NCBI GenBank assembly: GCA_032654565.1
Contig: JAULAX010000011.1
Location: 1 to 64,000 of the forward strand
DNA: 64,000 nt
Reading direction: 5' to 3'
Source of the DNA: Anaeromyxobacteraceae bacterium
GTDB lineage: Bacteria > Myxococcota > Myxococcia > Myxococcales > Anaeromyxobacteraceae
Shown: in pieces, positions 48,367 to 56,026 of the stretch
Numbering within the stretch: position 1 is the stretch's first letter
Layout of the letters: every line of letters starts with the position of its first letter
Notes under the pieces: model-generated
The model's database searches: none
The model's input: only the letters and a program-made list of their open reading frames with translations
Told to the model about the DNA's origin: nothing
Translations under genes and position numbers: made by a program

Positions 48367-48409
48367 CCGTCCCGCGGACCTTGGTCCGCCAAACTACTCT
48401 GGGACGGGA
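48367..48409 (-). repeat. Right inverted copy (48392-48409) with adjacent hairpin GCGGACC-AA-GGTCCGC
   Basis: Minus strand TCCCGTCCCAGAGTAGTTTG-GCGGACCAAGGTCCGC-GGGACGG; includes the frzS TAG. Confidence 0.85.
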
Positions 48410-50286
48410 GGGGGGGGGATGGGACGAGGGCGCTTGTCGCCCGCCTGCTCCGCGGGCAACCCCTCCTCCAGCAACTGCAGCGCGATCGACAGCGCTTTCC
48501 GGGCCTTGTCCCGCACCTTCTCGTCACCCTTGATCTTCAAGTAGGCCTTGACCACCCGCTCTTCGTTCTTGGTGTTCGCGGCCTCGAGCTCGGCGATCCG
48601 GCGCTTCAGCTCGGCGACCCGCTTCTCCACCTCGGTCCGGGCCCCTTCGACTTCGCCCCGGGCCACCACCAGCTCGGTCTCCAGGCGCTCCACGTCTCGT
48701 TCGACCTCGGCCAGCCGGAGGGCAGCGGCCTGGGCCGCGGCCAGCTCGGCCGATCGAGCCGCCAAGGCCACCGCCGAGAGCTCGGCTGCTCGCCGCTGCG
48801 CCGCGGCGTCTGACTCCGCGGCTCGACTCCGCGCCTCGGCGGCGACGGCCCTGGACTCGGCGGTCGCGGCCCTCGCCGCGGCGCCCTCGGCCCGAGCCTC
48901 GGCCTCCTGAGCCTGCTCGTTGGCGCGGCGGGCTTCCTCGCGCGCTGCCTTGGAGTCGGCCTCGGTCCGCCTCGACTGGGCCGCCAGGGTCTCTGCCCGG
49001 GCCTGAAGGGACGACACCTCGGCGTCCCTCTCGCTGATCGCCGCGTCGGCCTCCTCGGAGCGCCGGGCCGCCGCTTCCAGCTTCGACCGCAGCTCGCCGA
49101 GCTCGGTCTCACGAGCATGGAGCGCGGCGCGCCGCTCGACCAGCTCGGCCTCCAGGCGGGCCAGCTCTGCGGCACCAGCGCCCGACGAGACCGACGAGAC
49201 CGACGCCGCCACGGCAGCCACGGCAGCCGCGCTGGCCACGGCCGTGACGGCCGCCAGGCCTGGAGCCTCTTCGTCTACCGTCTTCTCGGTGAAGGCCGCC
49301 ATCGCCCCCGCCGCGTCGGCATGAGCCTCCGACGCCGGCCCATGCGTCCGCGCCGGCGGTGGCTCGTCGAGTTCATCGAGCGCCGCGAGGGCGTCGAAGG
49401 CCGAAGGCGTCGGTGAGGTGTCGTCCAGTGACCCGAGCATCAGGTCGGCGTCGTCTCCGAGCCTGCCGAGGTCGGCTCGCGCACCGGCCTCGTCGTCCTC
49501 GGGGAGCGAGGCCGAGGCGGCCTCGAGATCCTCGGAGGTGACCGGGCGGTCGACGCCCATGGCCTTCTCGATCGCCTGGTCCGCCGCCGTGGCGTCGACC
49601 TCGGCCGTCCTGTCGGGCAGCGTGGCGGCCGGCGCCGAGCGCTCCTCCGGTCGTGGCGCCGCCGGCGCCGAGAGACCGTCGAAGGCATCGTCGAGCAGCT
49701 TCAGGTCGTCATCGAGGTCGTCGCCGACGACCGCCGCCGCCGGTTCGTCCGGCAGGGAGTCGAGATCCAGCGCCGGCAGCTCCTGCCCGGAGTCGCCGGA
49801 GAACGGCTCGAGCCCCAGCTCCTCCTCCAGACTGACCACCTCCTCCTCGCCGGCGTCGACTCCGGGCGCGCCGGCCGCCGCAGCGGAGGCCTCCAGCGGC
49901 ACGCCGCCCTCCGGCATGCCGATCAGCGCCACCAGCTTCTCCAGCAGCGCCGCCGGGACGTACGGCTTGATGAGGTAGTCCTCGGCCCGAACCTTCAGCT
50001 TCTTGTGGTCGTCGAAGACCTCGGTGGTGGCCTCCGAGCTGGTGAGGATCAGGGGGATCGACTTGAGGGCCTCGTCCTTCTTGAGCTTGTTGCAGATCGA
50101 GTAGCCCGAGAGCTTCGGCAGCTCGACGCAGAGGACGATGGCGTCGGGGTTCAGGTCCCTCGCGAGGTCGAGCCCGTCCTTCCCATCGCCGGTGACCCGG
50201 ACCTTGAAGCCCATCGCTTCGAGCGCGCTGGTGATCTCCTCCGCGAAGGGCGCGTCGTTCTCGATGTGGAGGATGGTCTTCGACAT
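48394..50286 (-). CDS. frzS: FrzS-like pseudo-receiver + acidic linker + coiled-coil protein
   Basis: MSKTILHIEND receiver with Cys where the phospho-Asp usually sits (IVLCVEL), GYSICNKLKKD, long coiled coil, NEERVVKAY..IK.DEK C-terminus. Confidence 0.72.
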   Translation of the reverse strand: MSKTILHIENDAPFAEEITSALEAMGFKVRVTGDGKDGLDLARDLNPDAIVLCVELPKLSGYSICNKLKKDEALKSIPLILTSSEATTEVFDDHKKLKVRAEDYLIKPYVPAALLEKLVALIGMPEGGVPLEASAAAAGAPGVDAGEEEVVSLEEELGLEPFSGDSGQELPALDLDSLPDEPAAAVVGDDLDDDLKLLDDAFDGLSAPAAPRPEERSAPAATLPDRTAEVDATAADQAIEKAMGVDRPVTSEDLEAASASLPEDDEAGARADLGRLGDDADLMLGSLDDTSPTPSAFDALAALDELDEPPPARTHGPASEAHADAAGAMAAFTEKTVDEEAPGLAAVTAVASAAAVAAVAASVSSVSSGAGAAELARLEAELVERRAALHARETELGELRSKLEAAARRSEEADAAISERDAEVSSLQARAETLAAQSRRTEADSKAAREEARRANEQAQEAEARAEGAAARAATAESRAVAAEARSRAAESDAAAQRRAAELSAVALAARSAELAAAQAAALRLAEVERDVERLETELVVARGEVEGARTEVEKRVAELKRRIAELEAANTKNEERVVKAYLKIKGDEKVRDKARKALSIALQLLEEGLPAEQAGDKRPRPIPPPPVPE

Positions 50287-50359
50287 GGGCGTCCCTGACA
50301 GGTCCAACGTGACCGGGGACGCGGCGGCAAGCGCGCAGCGCCCGGGAAAGATTGGAGAA

Positions 50360-50388
50360 AGTGTAAGGGGAGCGGGAGGGGGTGTCAA
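50360..50388 (-). promoter_or_regulatory. Sigma-70 promoter of frzS-like gene
   Basis: TTGACA-N17-TACACT. Confidence 0.75.
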
Positions 50389-50414
50389 AACCCCGCACGC
50401 GCTTTGGCGCGGTC

Positions 50415-51236
50415 CTACGGCTCGGGGGCCGAGGCGCGGACCATCTGGATCAGGTCCTCCTCGCCGGAGTCGGAGACCAGCGAGTAGACCGTGTGGTCCT
50501 GGCGCCAGACCACGGTGTTGTAGCCACGGGAGTTGATGATCCGGGCGTGCCGGGCCCCGATCTCCACGTCGCGCCCCCCGGCGTTGAAGCGCCCGTCGGG
50601 GTCGTCGACGATGAAGAGGCCGGCCTGGCGCCCCCGCGGCAGCTCGTACTTGATGTAGGCCGCCGGGAGCTCGCGGAGGTTGGAGATGCGGGCCCCGACC
50701 ACCCGGGCCTGCTGGGCCGAGAAGTGCGGGGCCTTCGGCTTGAAGTCGAGCTTGCCGGCGAACCAGCCCGGGATGGCCTCCGGCGACACCGACGCGGTGG
50801 TCACCTCGAGGGGCAGGTCGCGGTGGTGCTTGCGCACCGCCTCCTCGACCAGCTGCCCGCCGGGCCCCTGGACCGCCACCACCACCAGGACGGCCGCCGC
50901 CGTGGCCGCGGCCGCGGCCAGGGGGATGGGGGCGAGGAGCCGTCGCCACAGCGGCCGGCGCTCCCGCTCCAGGGCGGCGGTGATGCGGCGGCGCAGCGCC
51001 TCGGGCGCGCGGCCGGATCGCGAGGTCGGTCCCATGGCCTCTCGCAGGGCAGCCCGCAGGGCGGCGTGGGCCCGGCCCTGGGTCGCCGCGAGGGACTTGC
51101 AGCGTGAGCAGCCGTCGAGGTGGACCTCGGCCTCGGCCCGCTCGCGCGGCCCGAACTCCTCGTCGAGGAAGGCGTCGACCGAGCGCTCGAACTCGGAGCA
51201 GTCCATGGTGCGGAGCGTCGTCGAGTCGGTGGTCAT
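50415..51236 (-). CDS. zf-HC2 membrane anti-sigma factor
   Basis: HLDGCSRC, one TM, YSLVSD C-terminal domain; overlaps sigma stop. Confidence 0.85.
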   Translation of the reverse strand: MTTDSTTLRTMDCSEFERSVDAFLDEEFGPRERAEAEVHLDGCSRCKSLAATQGRAHAALRAALREAMGPTSRSGRAPEALRRRITAALERERRPLWRRLLAPIPLAAAAATAAAVLVVVAVQGPGGQLVEEAVRKHHRDLPLEVTTASVSPEAIPGWFAGKLDFKPKAPHFSAQQARVVGARISNLRELPAAYIKYELPRGRQAGLFIVDDPDGRFNAGGRDVEIGARHARIINSRGYNTVVWRQDHTVYSLVSDSGEEDLIQMVRASAPEP

Positions 51237-51880
51237 GGCGCGGACCCGGTGCGATCGCGGCGGCGGCGGTGCTCGGCGAGATCCTCGACGGCGCCGTCCT
51301 CGGAGAGGAACCCCGACTCGACGGCATAGCCGGCCAGCGCCTTCTGCAGCAGCCGGCGGCCGCGGAAGAGACGGCTCATCACGGTGCCGACCGGCACGTC
51401 CAGCACGTCGGCGATCTCGCGGTAGGAGAACTCCTGCAGGTCGGCCAGGATCACCACCATGCGGAAGTCCAGCGGGAGCGCGTCGACCGCCTTGAGGACG
51501 TCCTCGGAGAGGACCCGGTCGAAGTACCACCGCTCGGGATCGGCGGCGGCGTCCGAGGCGTCGCGAGAGACCAGCTGGCCCTGGACGGCCTCCTGCTCCG
51601 GACCGTCGACCAGCGTCCGCTCCTTGCTGCTGCGCCGGTACCGGTTGATGAAGGTGTTGGTGAGGATCTTGAACAGCCAGGCCTTGATGTTGGTCCCCCG
51701 CTCGAACCGGTCGAAGAAGCGGTAGGCGCGCAGCAGGGAGTCCTGGACCAGGTCCTCGGCGTCGCGCTCGTTGCGGGTGAGCCGGACGGCGCCGCCGTAC
51801 AGCGCGTCGAGGTGGCGGAGCGCCAGGGCCTCGAACTCGTCGCGGGTCAGGTCGTTCTGGCGGTCGTCGAAGAGCCCCAT
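51233..51880 (-). CDS. ECF sigma factor
   Basis: DAEDLVQD, KAWLFKILTN, SYREIA..PVGTVMSRL. Confidence 0.92.
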   Translation of the reverse strand: MGLFDDRQNDLTRDEFEALALRHLDALYGGAVRLTRNERDAEDLVQDSLLRAYRFFDRFERGTNIKAWLFKILTNTFINRYRRSSKERTLVDGPEQEAVQGQLVSRDASDAAADPERWYFDRVLSEDVLKAVDALPLDFRMVVILADLQEFSYREIADVLDVPVGTVMSRLFRGRRLLQKALAGYAVESGFLSEDGAVEDLAEHRRRRDRTGSAP

Positions 51881-52061
51881 GCGATCTCATCAACCCCTGG
51901 CTGTCGCAGGTGATTCCCGCCTGCCTACATCCTCGTCGGTCCCGTGGCGCCCCGGGAGCAGCGCCATGGCCCAAGGTGCAGCCGCTCACTGGAAAGCCCA
52001 GGGAATATAGACGGTTCGATCGGCTGGTGCACGGCCTCGGAGGGCCAATACCGATCGACCG

Positions 52062-52106
52062 TCGAGTCCCGTCCCAGAGTAGTTCGACTCCCGTCCCAGA
52101 GTAGTT
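52062..52106 (+). repeat. Two tandem 22-bp copies of the dispersed repeat
   Basis: tcgagtcccgtcccagagtagt tcgactcccgtcccagagtagt t. Confidence 0.9.
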
Positions 52107-52202
52107 GGTGAATACCCCTCCCCGGAGGGGTGAAGACGCGGGCCAGGCCCCCCCCGGCGCCCGCGCCGGGGGACCCCGGCCCCCGTGCTATGTCTCCCCC
52201 GA

Positions 52203-53534
52203 ATGCTGAAGCTCCTCTTCGCCGACGATAAGGGGGTGGTCTATGACCACCCGGAGTTGTTGGCAGCCGTCCGTTCGGGGGAGGAGCTGCTCCCCCCGCC
52301 CGAGCGCCCGATCGCCCTCCCGGTCGGCGCCACCCTGGCCATGCTCCCCGGCCGCCGCCCCGTCGGCCTCGACCCCGCCACCGGGCGCCTCACCACCCTC
52401 CATGAAGTCCGGGTCGGACGCCGCCGCATCGTCCCCCACGCCGTCGGCGCCACGCTCCCCCCTGGCTTCACCCGCACCTACCTCCCGGCCGTGGCCAGGC
52501 CGGCGCTCGCCATCGCCGCCGACGCCCCCATCCTGCCGCAGTGGGCCTACACCGCCGCCGCCGCCACACCCGACGGCTTCGTGGCCTGGGCGCTGCGCAC
52601 CGATCGCCGCACCCACTGGAGCCCGGCCCGCCACTCAACCCCCGACCTCGCCGCCCGGGTGGCCGCCCGCCTCGTCGCCACGCCCAACCCCATCTACCGC
52701 CAGCTCTCCCGCTGCGCCCTCGAGTGGCGCTGCTTCACCGCCCAGAACACCTTCTACGGCCGCGACGAGGGGGCCATCCCCTCCTCGGCCCGCTGCAACG
52801 CCGCCTGCATCGGCTGCCTCTCCGAGCAGGACGACGGCATGCCCCCCTCCTCCCACGAGCGCATCGACACCCCGCCCACCGCCGAGGAGATGGCCGAGGT
52901 GGCCATCCACCACCTCACCACCGCCACCGGCAAGGTGATGGTGAGCTTCGGCCAGGGCTGCGAAGGCGAGCCGCTGCTGCGCTGGAAGGAGATCGCCCGC
53001 GCCATCCGGCTCACCCGGGCCGCCACCCCCCGCGGCTCGCTCCACGCCAACACCAACGGCTCGCTCCCCGACGCCCTCGGCGCCCTCTGCGAGGCCGGCC
53101 TCGACTCGGTCCGCATCTCGCTCAACAGCGCCGCCCCGGACCTCTACGCCGCCTACTACCGGCCCACCCGCTACGGCCTGCCCGACGTGGTCCGCTCCAT
53201 CGAGACCGCCCGCCGCCACGGCGCCTACGTCGCCCTCAACCTGCTCACCTTCCCCGGCGTCACCGACCGTGAAGGCGAGGTCGCGGCGCTGGCGGCCCTG
53301 GTGAGGCGCACCGAGGTGGACCAGGTGCAGACCCGCCCGCTGGCCATCGACCCCGACGTCTACCTCGCCGTGGCCCGCGGCCGGGGGGCCGGCGGTCCGG
53401 CTATCGGCATCCGCCAGCTGGTCAGGTCGCTGCAGGCGGCGCGGCCGGGCCTCACCATCGGCAACTTCTCACGCGCCAGGCCGGAGCGGGCACGGCTCGC
53501 CACCGCGGCGCGCACCCGAAAGACGAGGCGATAG
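52203..53534 (+). CDS. Radical SAM protein
   Basis: CNAACIGC (CxxxCxxC), SFGQGCEGEP, NTNGS. Confidence 0.88.
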   Translation: MLKLLFADDKGVVYDHPELLAAVRSGEELLPPPERPIALPVGATLAMLPGRRPVGLDPATGRLTTLHEVRVGRRRIVPHAVGATLPPGFTRTYLPAVARPALAIAADAPILPQWAYTAAAATPDGFVAWALRTDRRTHWSPARHSTPDLAARVAARLVATPNPIYRQLSRCALEWRCFTAQNTFYGRDEGAIPSSARCNAACIGCLSEQDDGMPPSSHERIDTPPTAEEMAEVAIHHLTTATGKVMVSFGQGCEGEPLLRWKEIARAIRLTRAATPRGSLHANTNGSLPDALGALCEAGLDSVRISLNSAAPDLYAAYYRPTRYGLPDVVRSIETARRHGAYVALNLLTFPGVTDREGEVAALAALVRRTEVDQVQTRPLAIDPDVYLAVARGRGAGGPAIGIRQLVRSLQAARPGLTIGNFSRARPERARLATAARTRKTRR

Positions 53535-54734
53535 ATGGCCGGAGAGCCGAGGCTGGAGCTGCAGAAGGACCTGGCGCGTCACCTGCGCGCCGGCCACCCG
53601 TGGGTCTTCCGCAAGGCCATCGTCAAGCAGAACAAGGGGATCCCGGCCGGCACCATCGTCGACGTGGTCGAGGGCAACCGCTTCGTGGCCCGCGGCTACT
53701 ACGACCCGCTCTCGCCCATCACCGTGCGGGTGCTGACCCGCGAGGAGGGGGAGACCGTCGACGAGGCCTTCTGGCGCCGCCGCGTCGCCCGCGCCCTGGC
53801 GCTGCGCAAGGAGCTGATCCGCGGCACCGACGCCTACCGGGTGCTCCACGGCGAGTCGGACGGCCTCCCCGGCGTGGTGGCCGACCGCTACGACCGCTTC
53901 GTGGTCATCAAGCTCTACTCGGCCGGCCTCACCCCGTGGCGCGCCGCCATCGTCGAGGCCCTGCGCGCCGAGTGCGGCGACCTGCTCGGCGTCTACGGCC
54001 GCGACGAGATCCCCCGCGACGACGACGACGAGGGCAGCGCGTCGGAGGGGCGGGTGCTCTGGGGCGCCGAGCCGCCCGAGCAGCTCACCATCGACGAGTA
54101 CGGCATGAAGATCCTCGTCGACGTCCGCCGCGGCCAGAAGACCGGCCTCTTCCTCGACCAGCGCGAGAACCGGCGGCTGGTGCGCGAGCTGGCCCGCGGC
54201 CGGCCGGAGGCGCTCAACCTCTTCAGCTACACCGGCGGCTTCTCGGTGGCGGCGGCGCTGGGCGGCGCCACCCACGTGGTCTCCAATGACCTCGACGCCG
54301 ACGCCCTGCAGCTGGCCCGCGCCACCTTCAAGGCCAACGGCCTCGATCCGGCCGACCACGCCTTCGCCCAGGGAGACGCCTTCGACCTGCTGGCCAGCTA
54401 CAAGCGGCAGGGACGCCGCTTCGACCTCGTGGTCTGCGACCCGCCCGCCTTCGCCAAGTCGCAGAAGGCGGTCGAGGGGGCGCTGGCCGGCTACGCCTCG
54501 CTCAACCGCGCCGCCCTCTCGGTGCTCTCGCCGGGCGGCCTGCTGGTCACCTGCTCCTGCAGCGCCCGGGTCTCGCCCGAGCAGTTCGGCGAGGCGGTCA
54601 AGGAGGCGGCCTTCAAGCTCCGCGTCGAGCTGGCGCTGGTGGCCGAGACCCGCCAGCCCTACGACCACCCGGTCAGCCTGCAGTTCAAGGAGGGGCGGTA
54701 CCTGAAGGCGATGGTGCTGCGCCGGCTGTCCTAG
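53535..54734 (+). CDS. RlmI-family SAM-dependent rRNA methyltransferase
   Basis: GHPWVF, GESDGLPG, GQKTGLFLDQR, NLFSYTGGF, DPPAF, YLK. Confidence 0.9.
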   Translation: MAGEPRLELQKDLARHLRAGHPWVFRKAIVKQNKGIPAGTIVDVVEGNRFVARGYYDPLSPITVRVLTREEGETVDEAFWRRRVARALALRKELIRGTDAYRVLHGESDGLPGVVADRYDRFVVIKLYSAGLTPWRAAIVEALRAECGDLLGVYGRDEIPRDDDDEGSASEGRVLWGAEPPEQLTIDEYGMKILVDVRRGQKTGLFLDQRENRRLVRELARGRPEALNLFSYTGGFSVAAALGGATHVVSNDLDADALQLARATFKANGLDPADHAFAQGDAFDLLASYKRQGRRFDLVVCDPPAFAKSQKAVEGALAGYASLNRAALSVLSPGGLLVTCSCSARVSPEQFGEAVKEAAFKLRVELALVAETRQPYDHPVSLQFKEGRYLKAMVLRRLS

Positions 54735-54770
54735 CCGGCGCCGGGCGCGCCGCCGAGGCGGCGAGGCTTC

Positions 54771-55820
54771 CTATCGCCACCAGCCGGAGCGGACCCGCTC
54801 CTCGGCCGGCGTTCGGATCGAGTCGGGCAGGTTGGGGAGCTTCAGGAGCCGCTCGGTGGTCTCGTGGGCGCAGTGCGCGTCCCCGCCGGCGGCGCAGGCC
54901 TGCGCCAGGAGCTCCAGCGTGGCGGCCCGCTCCCCGCGCACCGCCAGCGAGGCGCGGGCCAGGTCGGCGGCCTCGGCGGCGCTCCCGCCCCGGGCGAGGA
55001 GGTGCCGGGCCAGCCAGGCCTGGGTGTCGGCGCGCAGGGTGGCGAGCCTTTCTGGGAAGCCGGCCAGGGCGCTGCGGAGGAGCCGCTCGGCCGTGGCCGG
55101 GTCGCCCAGCCGTGCCGTGGTCTGGGCGGAGAGGGCGATGCACCAGGAGAAGGCCGGGGCGTTGCGGAGCGCGTTGCGCTGCTCGTGCGCCGCCTCGGCC
55201 CAGCGCTCCAGGTACATGGCGACCTGTCCGCGGGCGCACCGGTCGAGGGACTCCTGCGGCTCCTGGGGATCCGGCGGCATGGCGAGCAGCATGGTCCAGA
55301 CCTGGTCGGCGGCGGCCGTGGCGCCGATCGCCTTGACCGAGGCCTCCCAGGCGCGCCGCGCCTCCAGCTCGTCCCCCCGGTTGACCTGGACCGCCACCAG
55401 GATCGGCCAGGCGCTACCGTCGCTCGGCTCCAGCGCCAGGCCGCGCTGCAGGTCCCGGGCGGCGTCGTCGAAGCGGCGGGCCACCCCGAGGATCCGGCCT
55501 CGAAGCCGGAGGGCCGCCGGCGTCGCGACGAGGGTGATCGACCGGTCGAGCAGCGCCAGGCCGTCGGTGGTCCGGGCCTGGGCGAAGCGCACCTTGGCGA
55601 GCCCGAGGGGGGGGCGTGGGTCCTTCGGCGCCAGGCGGGCCGCCTCCTCGTACCTGGCGGCGGCGAGGTCGAACCGGGCGACGGCGAGGGCGGCGTCGGC
55701 CTCGGCCAGCGCGGTGGCGCCATCGGGCGCGGTGACGCCATGGTCCGGCGCGCGGGTGGGCGTGGCGCAGGCCAGGAGGGTGGAGGCGACGGCGGCCAGG
55801 GCGGTCTGGCGAAGGCGCAT
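54771..55820 (-). CDS. TPR lipoprotein
   Basis: Lipobox LLAC, TPR-like helices. Confidence 0.7.
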   Translation of the reverse strand: MRLRQTALAAVASTLLACATPTRAPDHGVTAPDGATALAEADAALAVARFDLAAARYEEAARLAPKDPRPPLGLAKVRFAQARTTDGLALLDRSITLVATPAALRLRGRILGVARRFDDAARDLQRGLALEPSDGSAWPILVAVQVNRGDELEARRAWEASVKAIGATAAADQVWTMLLAMPPDPQEPQESLDRCARGQVAMYLERWAEAAHEQRNALRNAPAFSWCIALSAQTTARLGDPATAERLLRSALAGFPERLATLRADTQAWLARHLLARGGSAAEAADLARASLAVRGERAATLELLAQACAAGGDAHCAHETTERLLKLPNLPDSIRTPAEERVRSGWWR

Positions 55821-55975
55821 GACGTGGTCTCTCTGTCCGGCGCAGGGTCGACGCCTTCAGGCGACGGGCGGTGCTGCGGGGACGGCGTGAAGGCGATGCT
55901 GGCGGGCCATGATACCGGGATGCCGGCTCGGAGCCAGCGGGAGGATGGGCCGCGGCCGGCCGGCGTCAAAGCAGA

Positions 55976-56002
55976 GGGGCGGCGCCCCGAAGAGCGCCGC
56001 CC
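55976..56002 (-). terminator. Putative terminator hairpin after multicopper oxidase
   Basis: GGGGCGGCGC-loop-GCGCCGCCCC, followed by TCTGCTTT on minus strand. Confidence 0.55.
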
Positions 56003-56026
56003 CGATGGCACGGCCGAGCGGTGCGG

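Noticed and set aside
52062..52106. Possible mini-CRISPR from the 22-bp repeats (also 7049-7091)
   Set aside because: Copies are directly adjacent with no unique spacers, there are only two per site, and no cas genes are in the window
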